DNA from: Frankiaceae bacterium
GTDB lineage: Bacteria > Actinomycetota > Actinomycetes > Mycobacteriales > SCTD01
Direction: 5' to 3'
Assembly: GCA_016650445.1 (NCBI GenBank)
Contig: JAENVS010000012.1
Location: forward strand, 1,653-65,652
DNA length: 64,000 bases
Position numbers and translations under genes: made by a program. Positions within the stretch are counted from its first letter, which is position 1. The number at the start of each line of letters is the position of its first letter. The notes below the pieces were generated by a model. It made no database searches, was not told where the DNA came from, and saw only the letters and a program-made list of their open reading frames with translations. This document shows, one piece after another, positions 20,184-29,831 of the stretch.

Positions 20184-20256
20184 GCGCCCGTAGCTCAGGG
20201 GATAGAGCAGGTGCCTTCTAAGCACTTGGTCGCAGGTTCGAATCCTGCCGGGCGCG
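20184..20256 (+). tRNA. tRNA-Arg (anticodon TCT)
   Basis: Manual cloverleaf: acceptor GCGCCCG/CGGGCGC, D arm GCTC..GAGC, anticodon loop CTTCTAA (TCT at 20217-20219), T arm GCAGG-TTCGAAT-CCTGC. CCA is not encoded. Confidence 0.9.
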
Positions 20257-20266
20257 CCTTCTGTGA

Positions 20267-20497
20267 TCAGTCGGACCGGCGAGCGATCAGGTGGCTCGCG
20301 CTGCACGACGTGTGCGCCCGGACGAAGTCGCCGACCGCGTCGAGGAGCGGCGTGACCGGCTCAAGGGCGTGCCGGAGCTCGCCCCTGCAGGCCCCGCAGA
20401 CGAGCACGACGAGCTGATCGTCCGCCGGGGCCGGCACGACGAGGCTCAGCTCGGAGACCGGCGCACGCGGGTCAGGTACGGACATTCCGGCGGACAT
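20267..20497 (-). CDS. Small hypothetical protein
   Basis: In-frame ATG (MSAGMSVPDP...) within ORF 20267..20572. No domain recognised. Confidence 0.3.
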   Translation of the reverse strand: MSAGMSVPDPRAPVSELSLVVPAPADDQLVVLVCGACRGELRHALEPVTPLLDAVGDFVRAHTSCSASHLIARRSD

Positions 20498-20638
20498 GTC
20501 GGGATCGTCGTGGAACGCGGCTCCCACCGGTAGAGCACGTTCGCGTGGTGCTGCGGTAGTCCGTTGCCCCACTGCAGCGGGCCTCTCGGGGGTCCGGCGT
20601 GACCACCCCGTCGTGGGCAGTGGACTACCTCGATCGGG

Positions 20639-22216
20639 TCAGCGGCGACGGGTGGTGCGCTTGCGACGGGAGGCGGTCCCGAAGATCGACCGGCTGATCT
20701 CGCGACCGGCCGCGCTCGCCGCTGACCGCGCGAACGACTTGAAGACGCTCGACGCGAGGGCGCCCGCGATGGCGCCTCCGACGCCGGCCGCCTCCTCGCG
20801 ACGACGATCGTCCTTGCGTTCTGGCTCTGGCTGGGGCTGCTTCTCGTCGACGTCCGGCGCGACCTTCGCAAGGAGCTTCTCGTACGCCGACTCGCGGTCC
20901 ACCGGAGTGCCGTACTCCGCTTGCAGGGAGCTCGCTGTCACGATCGCCTGCTGCCGCGTCGCGTCGAGCTGCGCCATCGACGATGCCGGCGGTCGCATCC
21001 GGGTCCACGCGACAGGGGTCGGCGCACCGTTCTCCGACAGGATCGTCACGACGGCCTCGCCGATGCCGAGCGTCGTGAGCAGCTCACCGAGGTCGTCGTA
21101 CACATCACTCTTCGGGAACGTCCCGACCGTCGCCTTCAACGCTTTCGCATCGTCGGGGGTGAAGGCGCGCAGCGCGTGCTGCACCCGGTTGCCGAGCTGA
21201 GCGAGGACGTCGGCGGGAACATCCTTCGGTGTCTGCGTGACGAAGAAGACGCCGACGCCCTTCGATCGGATGAGCCGGACGGTCTGCGTGATGGCGTCGC
21301 GAAACGCCTCGCTGGCATCGTCGAAGAGCAGGTGCGCCTCGTCGAAGAAGAAGACGAGCTTCGGCTTCTCGACGTCGCCCATCTCGGGCAGGTCGTGGAA
21401 CAGGTCGGCCAGCAGCCACATGAGGAAGGTGGAGAACAGCCGCGGACTGGCCTGCAGCCCCTGCAGCTCCATGATCGACAGGACGCCCTTGCCGTCGGAG
21501 GTCGTCCGCAGCAGGTCCTGGGTGTCGAACTCCGGCTCGCCGAAGAAGATGTCGCCGCCGCCGTCCTCGAGGCCGATCAGCTCACGCAGGATGACACCGG
21601 CTGTGGCCGCCGACAGCCCGCCGAGGTTCTTGAGGTCGTCCTTGCCCTCGTCGCTCGTCAGGTGCGAGATGACCGCACGCAGGTCCTTCAGGTCGAGCAG
21701 CGGCAGCCCTGCCTTGTCAGCGAAGTGGAAGACGAGACCCAGGCTGCTCTCCTGCGTCTCGTTGAGCCCGAGGACCTTGCTCAGCAGGATCGGTCCGAAC
21801 GAGGTCATGGTCGCGCGGACCGGCACCCCGGCGCCGCCCTGGCCACCGAGGTTGAGGAACTCGACCGGGAACCCGCGGGGCTGCCAGTCGGTCGCGGTGT
21901 CCTTCGCCCGCTGGGTGATCCGGTCGCTCTCCTCCCCCGGCGCGGCCATGCCGCTGACGTCGCCCTTGATGTCGGCGAGGAAGACCGGCACGCCGGCGTC
22001 CGACAGCTGCTCGGCGATCAGCTGCAGCGTCTTGGTCTTCCCGGTGCCGGTCGCACCGGCAACGAGACCGTGCCGGTTGAGCATGGACAGCGGCATCCGG
22101 ATCCGCGCCTCGGGGTGGGCGGTCTTGTCCAGCACCAGTGCGCCCAGCTCGAGCGCGGGGCCCTCGAAGGCATAGGCCTTGCCCAGCTCGGTCGCGATGT
22201 CGTCTGCCTTGGTCAT
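20639..22216 (-). CDS. HerA-like helicase/ATPase, DUF853 family (Rv2510c-like)
   Basis: Walker A GATGTGKTK, Walker B LVFFFDEAHLLF, basic C-terminal tail. Confidence 0.85.
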   Translation of the reverse strand: MTKADDIATELGKAYAFEGPALELGALVLDKTAHPEARIRMPLSMLNRHGLVAGATGTGKTKTLQLIAEQLSDAGVPVFLADIKGDVSGMAAPGEESDRITQRAKDTATDWQPRGFPVEFLNLGGQGGAGVPVRATMTSFGPILLSKVLGLNETQESSLGLVFHFADKAGLPLLDLKDLRAVISHLTSDEGKDDLKNLGGLSAATAGVILRELIGLEDGGGDIFFGEPEFDTQDLLRTTSDGKGVLSIMELQGLQASPRLFSTFLMWLLADLFHDLPEMGDVEKPKLVFFFDEAHLLFDDASEAFRDAITQTVRLIRSKGVGVFFVTQTPKDVPADVLAQLGNRVQHALRAFTPDDAKALKATVGTFPKSDVYDDLGELLTTLGIGEAVVTILSENGAPTPVAWTRMRPPASSMAQLDATRQQAIVTASSLQAEYGTPVDRESAYEKLLAKVAPDVDEKQPQPEPERKDDRRREEAAGVGGAIAGALASSVFKSFARSAASAAGREISRSIFGTASRRKRTTRRR

Positions 22217-22254
22217 GCATCGGACCCTAACGGCGTACCCCGTAGGGTGACCGC

Positions 22255-22905
22255 GTGAGCGACCGGCTGGTGTGGATCGACTGCGAGATGACCGGGCTCG
22301 ACCTCGGGTCGGACCTGCTCATCGAGGTCGCCGCGCTGGTCACGGACGGCGATCTGAACATCCTCGGCGAGGGCGTCGACGTCGTGATCGGCGCGACCGC
22401 CGACGAGATGGCGCGGATGCCCGACGTCGTGCGAGACATGCATGCGTCGTCAGGGCTGACGGACGAGGTCGTGACGTCGACCGTCTCGGTCAAGGACGCC
22501 GAGCAGCAGGTGCTCGCCTACATCAAGGAGTGGGTCCCGGAGGCGAAGAAGGCGCCGCTCTGCGGCAACTCGATCGCGACGGATCGCGGCTTCCTGACCC
22601 GGGACATGCCCGAGCTCGACGAGTGGCTGCACTACCGGATGGTCGACGTGTCGTCAGTCAAGGAGCTGGCGCGCCGGTGGTACCCACGCGCCTACTTCGG
22701 GTCGCCCAAGAAAGGCGGCGGTCACCGCGCGCTGGCCGACATCAAGGAGTCGGTGCTCGAGCTGCAGTACTACCGGGAGGCGGTCTTCGTGGCGGCTCCG
22801 GGGCCGTCCAGCGAGGAGGCCAACGCGATCGCGACGAGGCTGCTGGGGGGTGACCCGGACGGGGCGTCACGACTGCCCGAGCCCTCCGAGCAGGTCCCCG
22901 ACTGA
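22255..22905 (+). CDS. orn: Oligoribonuclease
   Basis: [12 protein letters not shown] DEDDh exonuclease motifs, [11 protein letters not shown]. Confidence 0.9.
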   Translation: MSDRLVWIDCEMTGLDLGSDLLIEVAALVTDGDLNILGEGVDVVIGATADEMARMPDVVRDMHASSGLTDEVVTSTVSVKDAEQQVLAYIKEWVPEAKKAPLCGNSIATDRGFLTRDMPELDEWLHYRMVDVSSVKELARRWYPRAYFGSPKKGGGHRALADIKESVLELQYYREAVFVAAPGPSSEEANAIATRLLGGDPDGASRLPEPSEQVPD

Positions 22906-22928
22906 CGCTATGCTTTCCGCCGCACCAT

Positions 22929-23005
22929 GGTGGGTGTAGCTCAGCTGGTAGAGCACCGGGTTGTGATCCCGGTTGTCGCGGGTTCGAGCCCCGTCACTCA
23001 CCCCA
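22929..23005 (+). tRNA. tRNA-His (anticodon GTG)
   Basis: Manual cloverleaf with G-1 (22929), acceptor GTGGGTG/CACTCAC, anticodon loop TTGTGAT, T arm GCGGG-TTCGAGC-CCCGT, encoded CCA at 23003-23005. Confidence 0.9.
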
Positions 23006-23254
23006 CAAAACCGCAGGTCAGAGGCGGATAACCGGAGTTCACAGGCTCGCTGAGCGCCCCAGTTTCAAGATCATGGGGCAGCCATGGGGCAAAACTTCAC
23101 AGCCCTCGACGTCGCTAGACCGTTCTTCACCTCGTTCAACTGCTCTGAACGAGCCGTACGTCGGTCGTCGTCGTTGAAGCGCGCCGGGTTCGGTGGAGGC
23201 TCCTGACAGAGGAAAGACTGGAGCCATGGCCGGAAGCGTGACCCAACCGCTGAT

Positions 23255-23662
23255 CTAGCCGATCGTGAGGCAGTCGACGCCAGGCAGTTCCTGGAACCTC
23301 GCGCTTCGATCTGTCGTCAGCACGGTTCGCTTCGTCGCGATTGCGGTCGCCGCAATGATCAGGTCGCGGGCGCCTCGGGGGGTGCCTGAACGGTGCACGT
23401 GCGCGAGCAGTCTGCCGTGTGCCTCCGCGACCTCGACGTCGTAGGGCTCGACCGGCAGGGTCTCCAGCACCGTGACGAGGAACTCCGTGCGCGCAGCGCG
23501 ATGACGCGCACTCGCCAGCTCAATTCCGGTGCGGAGCTCGGCCACGGTGACCGCGGCGATGACGACGTCGTCGTCTCGCTCCACGGCTTCCGCCGCAGCC
23601 CTCGGAAGGCCCCGCTCGGAGGCGATGAGGACACCGGTGTCCATGATCAGCCTGCGGGCCAC
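23255..23662 (-). CDS. vapC: Type II toxin VapC (PIN-domain ribonuclease)
   Basis: IMDTGVLIA N-terminal Asp, ..E.., DLIIAATAI, TTD acidic PIN residues. GTG at 23662, alternative ATG at 23644. Confidence 0.8.
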   Translation of the reverse strand: MARRLIMDTGVLIASERGLPRAAAEAVERDDDVVIAAVTVAELRTGIELASARHRAARTEFLVTVLETLPVEPYDVEVAEAHGRLLAHVHRSGTPRGARDLIIAATAIATKRTVLTTDRSARFQELPGVDCLTIG

Positions 23663-24027
23663 GCCGGCCCGTCCAAGGTCACTGCCCCTCGCGCGGCTAC
23701 GACATCCGCCGCGAACTTCTTGTCCGGCGGACCCTTCCGGAGTAGCGCGACCACGTCGCCTCCGTTGCCGGCGGTCGCCGGGCCGATCGAAGCGATGCGA
23801 CGCCCACCGCGGGTGACCACGAAGGTCTCCCCCGCCTCCACCTCGTCGAGCAGAGCAGCGAAGGATCTGCTGGCCTCGGTTGCGGTCTGGTCTCCCGAGC
23901 GGACGCTGAGCGTTCGGTCAAGGACGCGGTTGAGACAGCCCGGGAACAGGGCTACTCCTGGGCGTTCATCGGCAAGATCATCGGCACTTCCGGCGAGGCT
24001 GCTCGACAGCGCTACGGACGCAAGCAA
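23647..24027 (-). CDS. Phd/YefM-type antitoxin (VapB position); start codon unresolved
   Basis: Core RTLSVRS..ASRSFAALLDEVEAGETFVVTRGGRRIASIGP spans about 23650-23916. The only in-frame starts upstream are TTG 24027 and CTG 24009/23949. Confidence 0.5.
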   Translation of the reverse strand: MLASVALSSSLAGSADDLADERPGVALFPGCLNRVLDRTLSVRSGDQTATEASRSFAALLDEVEAGETFVVTRGGRRIASIGPATAGNGGDVVALLRKGPPDKKFAADVVAARGAVTLDGPAWPAG

Positions 24028-24036
24028 GACGCCTAG
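23914..24036 (+). pseudogene. C-terminal helix-turn-helix fragment without start codon
   Basis: Plus-frame translation SVKDAVETAREQGYSWAFIGKIIGTSGEAARQRYGRKQDA* looks like an HTH tail. There is no ATG/GTG/TTG between the upstream stop (23743) and this point. Confidence 0.35.
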
Positions 24037-24169
24037 CGCGGACCAAGATCATGGGGCAAACGTGGAAGCGCCCGCGTCGTGAAAGCCGCACATCGCCGAG
24101 CCAGCGCTGCTTCCGAAGCCTGGTGATGGGGCGTAGCGTCGCGCCCAGTCGAGGAACGGGAGGACAACG

Positions 24170-24763
24170 ATGTTCATCCAGGTATTCCAAGGCAAGGTCA
24201 CCGACGCCGATCTGGTCCGCCGCATGGACGAGCGCTGGATCGCAGAGATCAAGCCGGGCGCGAAGGGCTACCTCGGTTACACGGGCGGCATCACGCCGGA
24301 CGGCCGCTACATCGGACTGGCGCGGTTCGAGTCGGCCGACGCGGCGCAGGCGAACAGCGACAGCCCCGAGCAGACCGCGTGGTGGAACGAGGCGGTCAAG
24401 GGCTTCGAGGGCGAACCGACCGTCCACGACTGCACGGAGGTCGACACACCCTTCGGTGGCGGCTCCGACACAGCTGGCTTCGTCCAGGTCATCCAGGGTC
24501 GCGCGAAGGATCCCGCCAAGCTGCGCAGCATGGGCAACGACCGGCAGGCCGAGCTTCGAGCGGCCCGGCCGGACATCCTCGGGATGGTCATCGCCTGGCA
24601 CGGCGACGGCAAGGACTTCACACAGGCCGTCTACTTCACGTCGGAAGCGGAAACGCGCCAGCTCGAGAAGGACAGCGAGTCGAGCGAGATGCGGCAGGAG
24701 TACGACGACATGTTCGAAGGTCAGCCGACGTTCTTCGACCTGCCGAATCCACTTCTCGACTGA
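24170..24763 (+). CDS. Hypothetical protein with internal duplication (two dimeric alpha/beta-barrel-like halves)
   Basis: SD GGGAGGA upstream of the ATG. The halves begin MFIQVFQGKVTD and GFVQVIQGRAKD. Confidence 0.6.
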   Translation: MFIQVFQGKVTDADLVRRMDERWIAEIKPGAKGYLGYTGGITPDGRYIGLARFESADAAQANSDSPEQTAWWNEAVKGFEGEPTVHDCTEVDTPFGGGSDTAGFVQVIQGRAKDPAKLRSMGNDRQAELRAARPDILGMVIAWHGDGKDFTQAVYFTSEAETRQLEKDSESSEMRQEYDDMFEGQPTFFDLPNPLLD

Positions 24764-24832
24764 CCACAGCTGGCAACTGGCGTCCAGGCGGTGGTGCTGG
24801 CGTACGAGAGCACGCAGACGGCTCCACCCCGG

Positions 24833-25105
24833 TCACGCCTGGCGCGCGGCGGCAGCGTCCGGGATCAGGCTGGCGAGCCCTCGTCGGGTGACCGCCGGAG
24901 GGTGTGCTGCTGCAGCGACCTCGAGCTCTTCGACGCGCGCCTGGAGCCACACGACCTCCGACCGCAGCCGCTCTGCCGCCTCGAGCGCGATGCGTCGAAG
25001 ATCCGTCTCGCGATCGCGCTCGGCCCGAGCAGCCGCGAGCTCTGCGGCGAGAGCAGTCGCTCTGCGCGCGTCCGGGCTGATGCGTTGAGTCGACCGGGAT
25101 GCCAC
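24833..25105 (-). CDS. Hypothetical coiled-coil protein
   Basis: 90-aa ORF rich in A/R/E heptad-like sequence. Weak support. Confidence 0.25.
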   Translation of the reverse strand: MASRSTQRISPDARRATALAAELAAARAERDRETDLRRIALEAAERLRSEVVWLQARVEELEVAAAAHPPAVTRRGLASLIPDAAAARQA

Positions 25106-25114
25106 GAGCGAACG

Positions 25115-27706
25115 CTAGAGGGAAACCCGCGCCAGCCAGCGATGACGCGCCGCGACAACCGCTGCGAGCAGCATGGCGAGCAGCCCGGCCCACGCCGACC
25201 GTGAACCCCCACCGGTAGTGGGCAGAGATCCGGGCGCGGCGGCCGGCGGGGCTGCGGCCGGCTGGCTGGACACGCCTTGCGTCCCTGCCCGGTTGGCCAG
25301 TGCCACGTAGGGGCGGCAGGGCTCGTTGCGCAGGCTCGGGCACGCCGGCTGGCCGGTCGACACGGTGACCCCAGGGACGACAGGCAGCACCAGGCTTGAG
25401 GGCATCTTCGGTGAGAACGCGATCGAGACCGTGCCGGGCCCGTTCGGCCGGGTGCCGTCGAAGGACCAGATCGGCTGGGTGCCGTTCGGCGCAGCGATGG
25501 TCACGCGGATCTTGGTGCCGGCGCGGTAGGCGTGGCCCTGGTAGTAGAGCGGGATGACCACCGGGACGAACGCGTTGCTCGGCATCGGCTGGGCATCGGC
25601 TGCCAGCATGCTCAGGACCGGCTCGAGCAGGGTGCTCTTCTGCTTGAAGATGTTGTCGGAACCGGTGGCCAGCTTGCGCTCGCTGGCTCGCAGCCAGCCG
25701 TTCTGGACGAACGTCTCGTGACCGTCGGCCGTGACCTCACTGACCGTGGCCATCAGATCGACATCCGGCGTGGAGGATCGCACCCACAGGTGGACCGCGC
25801 CTGCACCAACCACGGTCGTGCTGGCAGCCAGCGGCTCGGTCAGGTAGGACACCGCGGTGCCGGCCGGGTACTGCTTCCAGTCCCAGGACCACTGCGAGGC
25901 GTTGCCCCAGAGCCCGCCGCCGCCCGTGTTGCTGCCGAAGTCATGGGCCGGCAGCGCCTTGGCGTTGTGGGTGTAGGCGTCTGCGCCGCTCGCGCCGGCC
26001 TTGTCGGCGAGCACGCCCTTCGGGGCGAGGTACCACTGCCGCGCGACCGTGCCCGGGACCGGGAGCGCCGAGAAAGACTGCTCGAAACCGGGGTAAGGGT
26101 TACCTGGCGTGGACTGCCCGGTCGGTGACCTCCCCGCGCCGTTGTCGAACAGGACCCGCACCGCCGGGAGCGCTTCGAAGGCGGCCAATGCCATGTCGTA
26201 CGTCGGCATTGCCTGGATCGGGTCGATCGGCAGCGTGATGACCTCGTCCTGCGGCAGGCCCATCGCTCCTTGGAAGATCACCGGCGCGGCGGCGCGGGTC
26301 ACGGCGATGTTCTCGGCCGGCGCCTGGCGCGCGACGTACAAGGACAGGAAGTCGAACCAGCGGTTGTACGTCTCCGGGTCCAGCGAGTCGACGTGCACCC
26401 CGTTGGTGAAGGTGAACCACTTCTTCTTCGTGCCGGTGAAGTGCTGCGCCAGCATCGGGCAGTGCCCGCCGGTCTGCTCGTCCTGGAACTGGCAGGCCAT
26501 GAACGTCGGGACGTTGATCTTGTTGACGAAGGTGATCGGGTCCAGTGGGTCGGCGACGGCGGGGCGGTAGTGCTCGTTCTCCGCGATCTTCGTCAATAGG
26601 TTGGCCGCCTCGGGGTGCAGGACCTGGTTGTCCTTGCAGGTCTGGTCACCGTCCTTGATCTGCTGCTCGGCGTACGCCTGGGTGCCCTTCTTGCCCTGAC
26701 CCGCCGGCTGCGCCTCCGCCTGCCGCTCCTTGGCCCACGCGACGGCGAACCCGTCGTTGCGGATGCCGCCGGGGTAGAGGGTCGTGGCGGTGGCGTCGAT
26801 CACCGACAGGGGTGAGATCGCGGCGAGGGACGGCGGGTGCGTCTGGGCCGTGAACAGCTGGCTGATGCCGCCGTACGAGATGCCCATCATCCCGACCTTG
26901 TTGTTCTTGACCCAGGGCTGCCGCGCGATGGTCTCGACGACGTCGTACCCGTCGAGGCTCTGCAGCGGCTCGAAGAAGTCGAAGGCACCGCTCGAGCAGC
27001 CGGTGCCGCGCATGCTGACGTCGACGACGGCGTAGCCCATCAGGTTGGCGAGCACCGCGATGCCGCTCGTCGGGCCGTCGGGGTTGGCATAGCCGTAGCC
27101 GGAGTACTCGATCAGAGTCGGGTACGGCGGCGCGTACTTCGGCAGGCCGCTCGGCAGGTTGAACTCCGGCAGTCCCTGGCCGGCCGGGCTGTTCGGGGGC
27201 CACACCTTGTAGGCCAGCTTCGTGCCGTCGCGGGTCGTCAGGTAGCCGTAGCCGTTGGCCGGGATCTCCTGCTTGTAGATCTCCGGGTTCCACTGGGCGG
27301 GGTCCTCCGAGTGCACGGTGACCGGCGCCGACAGCGGTCCGCCCGGCAGCACCCGCACGCGGTAACCGGCGGCGGGCGTGACGTCGCGGAAGAGCACGCC
27401 GCCCAGGGAGCTGGCCGACTTGCTCGCGACCTGCCGCCCCGAGCTGTCCACCAGCGCGACCTTGGCACCCGCTGCCACACCGGTCGCGTAGACCTGCCTC
27501 GCGCTGCCCTGGGCGACGAACGCCGTCGAAGGCGCCGCCGCAGTTGCACCGGTGACGGCGAGTAGGCCGGCCACCAGGGCTCCGGCGAGCGAGATCCGCA
27601 GGGCTGTCGCTGATCGCAAGCCGGTCCGCACGATGATGACTCCTTCTGGGCGGGCACCTGCCTGCCGCGTGTCTCTCCTTCGACGTGAGAGTGCCGACTC
27701 CTTCAC
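25115..27706 (-). CDS. Secreted CocE/NonD-family (S15 X-Pro dipeptidyl-peptidase-like) hydrolase with LPXTG anchor
   Basis: Signal peptide, GISYGG nucleophile elbow, C-terminal LPTTGG + TM + RHRW sorting signal. GTG 27706 overlaps the SDR stop (GTGA). Confidence 0.85.
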   Translation of the reverse strand: MKESALSRRRRDTRQAGARPEGVIIVRTGLRSATALRISLAGALVAGLLAVTGATAAAPSTAFVAQGSARQVYATGVAAGAKVALVDSSGRQVASKSASSLGGVLFRDVTPAAGYRVRVLPGGPLSAPVTVHSEDPAQWNPEIYKQEIPANGYGYLTTRDGTKLAYKVWPPNSPAGQGLPEFNLPSGLPKYAPPYPTLIEYSGYGYANPDGPTSGIAVLANLMGYAVVDVSMRGTGCSSGAFDFFEPLQSLDGYDVVETIARQPWVKNNKVGMMGISYGGISQLFTAQTHPPSLAAISPLSVIDATATTLYPGGIRNDGFAVAWAKERQAEAQPAGQGKKGTQAYAEQQIKDGDQTCKDNQVLHPEAANLLTKIAENEHYRPAVADPLDPITFVNKINVPTFMACQFQDEQTGGHCPMLAQHFTGTKKKWFTFTNGVHVDSLDPETYNRWFDFLSLYVARQAPAENIAVTRAAAPVIFQGAMGLPQDEVITLPIDPIQAMPTYDMALAAFEALPAVRVLFDNGAGRSPTGQSTPGNPYPGFEQSFSALPVPGTVARQWYLAPKGVLADKAGASGADAYTHNAKALPAHDFGSNTGGGGLWGNASQWSWDWKQYPAGTAVSYLTEPLAASTTVVGAGAVHLWVRSSTPDVDLMATVSEVTADGHETFVQNGWLRASERKLATGSDNIFKQKSTLLEPVLSMLAADAQPMPSNAFVPVVIPLYYQGHAYRAGTKIRVTIAAPNGTQPIWSFDGTRPNGPGTVSIAFSPKMPSSLVLPVVPGVTVSTGQPACPSLRNEPCRPYVALANRAGTQGVSSQPAAAPPAAAPGSLPTTGGGSRSAWAGLLAMLLAAVVAARHRWLARVSL

Positions 27707-28530
27707 CCGCGCCGGCGGGCCCGACGCTCCAGGTGACGCAGGAACACGCGCAGGACGGCATCTGCCGCCCGCACCGGCAGCCGGTCGAGCATCATTCGCT
27801 GCCGATCAGGACGGACCAGGTACGCCGTCTTCCACCGGCTGGCGGTCAGCGCCTCTTCCACGACGGCAGCAAGCACCGCCGGGTCGTGCGCCTTCGCCTG
27901 CTCGACGGGAAGCCGGGCGAGCAGCGCGCGCAGCAGGTCGCCGTAGTACGTCGACGACGCTGCCGCCGCCTCGTAGTGCGGCACGATCGACGTGAGCATG
28001 TCCGTGCGGAACGGCCCCGGCTGGAGCTTGATGACGGGCACGCCAAGCAGCATGAGCTCGCGTCTCAATGAGTCGCCGTACGCCTCGACGGTGTGCTTGC
28101 TCATCGCGTACGGGCCGTTGAACGGCGCGCCGGACTGCACGCCTGTCTCGCTGCTCACGAGCACGACCCGGCCACGGCCGCGCTGCAGCATCGGGAACGC
28201 GGCTCGGGTGACGCGATGCGTCCCGAGGACGTTGACGTTCAAGATGTGGGCGAGCACGTCGGCCTCGACGTCGAGCAGCGCACCGGCACGAAAGATGCCG
28301 GCGAAGTGCACGACGCCGGCGAGGCGATCCGTCGACGCCGCGACCTCAGCGATTCCCGCGGCCACGCTGGCGTCGTCGGTGACGTCCATCGTGATCGGCA
28401 CGACACCGGCGGCGGACGGCGGCCGGAGGTCGGCACCGAACACCCGCCAGCCCTGCGCGACCAGGTGCGACGCGGCCGCCGCCCCCAGTCCACCTGCCGC
28501 CCCCGTGACGAGGACGTCCCGACCGGTCAT
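27703..28530 (-). CDS. SDR-family oxidoreductase
   Basis: TGAAGGLG Rossmann motif and a YAMSK catalytic motif. ATG 28530 overlaps the upstream stop (ATGA). Confidence 0.85.
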   Translation of the reverse strand: MTGRDVLVTGAAGGLGAAAASHLVAQGWRVFGADLRPPSAAGVVPITMDVTDDASVAAGIAEVAASTDRLAGVVHFAGIFRAGALLDVEADVLAHILNVNVLGTHRVTRAAFPMLQRGRGRVVLVSSETGVQSGAPFNGPYAMSKHTVEAYGDSLRRELMLLGVPVIKLQPGPFRTDMLTSIVPHYEAAAASSTYYGDLLRALLARLPVEQAKAHDPAVLAAVVEEALTASRWKTAYLVRPDRQRMMLDRLPVRAADAVLRVFLRHLERRARRRG

Positions 28531-29831
28531 CGGTGCGCGAGGCGGCGACGGAGCAGAAGCCCCGCGGCCAGGACCAGCACCGCGAGGTACGCCGGGACGC
28601 CACCCGTAGAGGGAAGACCGCCGCCGGCCGGACCCGCGCTCGGCGTCGACGGGCCCGGCACCGGCGAAGGGGCGGCGGCCGCGGCGGCGCAGACCGAGCC
28701 CGCCGGCGGCGTCTTCCATCGGCTGTCGGCGACCCGGTAGGCCCGCTGCTTGAGGTAGTCCTGGGGGTCGAGCAGGAAGTCGACAGCGGGCGGGTTCTTC
28801 AGCTCGGCCAGCTCGCTCGTGAGCTTGTCCTTGTACTGCGCCTGCCCGGCGCTGAGCACCGGCGCCCAGGCGTCGGCGTGGGTCGGCAGGAACAGCGACG
28901 GCTTCGCCGCGTCGATGTAGTCGACGGGGTCGGCCAGTCCCGAGACCGGCTGGTCGAACCCCAGGATCGCGTTGGCCATCACGTCGACGCAGCCCGGGAA
29001 CCGCCCCAGCGCCGTGCGGATCGCCGGCTGGTCGAAGATCGGGCCGGCCGAGTCACCGATCAGCAGGGTGAAGTCGCCGTCGACGAAGTGGTAGAGCCAG
29101 GTGCCGCCCTGGTTGCTCTCCTGCTGCTGCGCGAGGAACCGCGCCAGCTCCTCCGGATCGGTCGCGAAGTGGTCGATGTAGGGCTGCGCATCCATGATCG
29201 GGAAGAACGGGTCGGGGTCATTGCCGTTGCCCGGCGGCGTCGCGGCGGAGTGGATGTGCTGCAGCACGCTGACCGCCGGCAGGTCGGCGAACAGCTTCAG
29301 CCGCTGCGTGACACCCATGGCAGGCGACGTCATCGTGCCGGTGATGGCGCAGCGGAACGCGGTGCCGACGCCCTCGCGGGTGGCGCCCTCGACGGCGACG
29401 GTGCAGATCTCCTCGGAGCCGACGACGACAGCGCCCGACTTGCCCGCGACGAAGCCGAGGTCGCCGGCGTGGTCGAAGTGGCCGTGGCCGACCAGAATCG
29501 CTTCGGGGTCGAGCGCGGCGAGGTCGTCGCGCGTCAGCGGCAGGTAGTCGTCGACGGCGCCGATGATCTGCCACGCGTCGAACAGCAGCAGATGGCCGCG
29601 GATCGTCACGACCATCGACGAGACGCCGATCCAGTGCAGCGTGACGTAGCCCGGGTCGTCCCACCGGTCGCCCAGCAGCTTGTCGCGCGCCGCCTTCGCC
29701 GCCGGGGTCACAGTGGGATTCGCCGGCAGCGGCGCGAAGGACGCGATGGGTCCGCGCGTCTCGGCGCTCGCCGGAACGGGTACGGCGAGCAGACCGAGTG
29801 TCAGGAGAAGGAGAACGAACCTCTTAGCCAT
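28527..29831 (-). CDS. Secreted MBL-fold metallo-hydrolase with LPXTG anchor
   Basis: Signal peptide MAKRFVLLLLTLGLLAVPVPASA, HGHFDH metal motif, C-terminal LPSTGG + TM + RRR. Confidence 0.75.
   Translation of the reverse strand: MAKRFVLLLLTLGLLAVPVPASAETRGPIASFAPLPANPTVTPAAKAARDKLLGDRWDDPGYVTLHWIGVSSMVVTIRGHLLLFDAWQIIGAVDDYLPLTRDDLAALDPEAILVGHGHFDHAGDLGFVAGKSGAVVVGSEEICTVAVEGATREGVGTAFRCAITGTMTSPAMGVTQRLKLFADLPAVSVLQHIHSAATPPGNGNDPDPFFPIMDAQPYIDHFATDPEELARFLAQQQESNQGGTWLYHFVDGDFTLLIGDSAGPIFDQPAIRTALGRFPGCVDVMANAILGFDQPVSGLADPVDYIDAAKPSLFLPTHADAWAPVLSAGQAQYKDKLTSELAELKNPPAVDFLLDPQDYLKQRAYRVADSRWKTPPAGSVCAAAAAAPSPVPGPSTPSAGPAGGGLPSTGGVPAYLAVLVLAAGLLLRRRLAHR

Noticed and set aside
20028-20306. 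92-aa minus-strand ORF
   Set aside because: It overlaps the tRNA-Arg(TCT) gene on the opposite strand and has no coding features.
23006-23254. Possible integrase or att remnant right after tRNA-His, including ORF 23039-23227
   Set aside because: No reading frame shows tyrosine or serine recombinase motifs, and the ORF has poor codon bias. Only the short direct repeat, reported separately, is supported.
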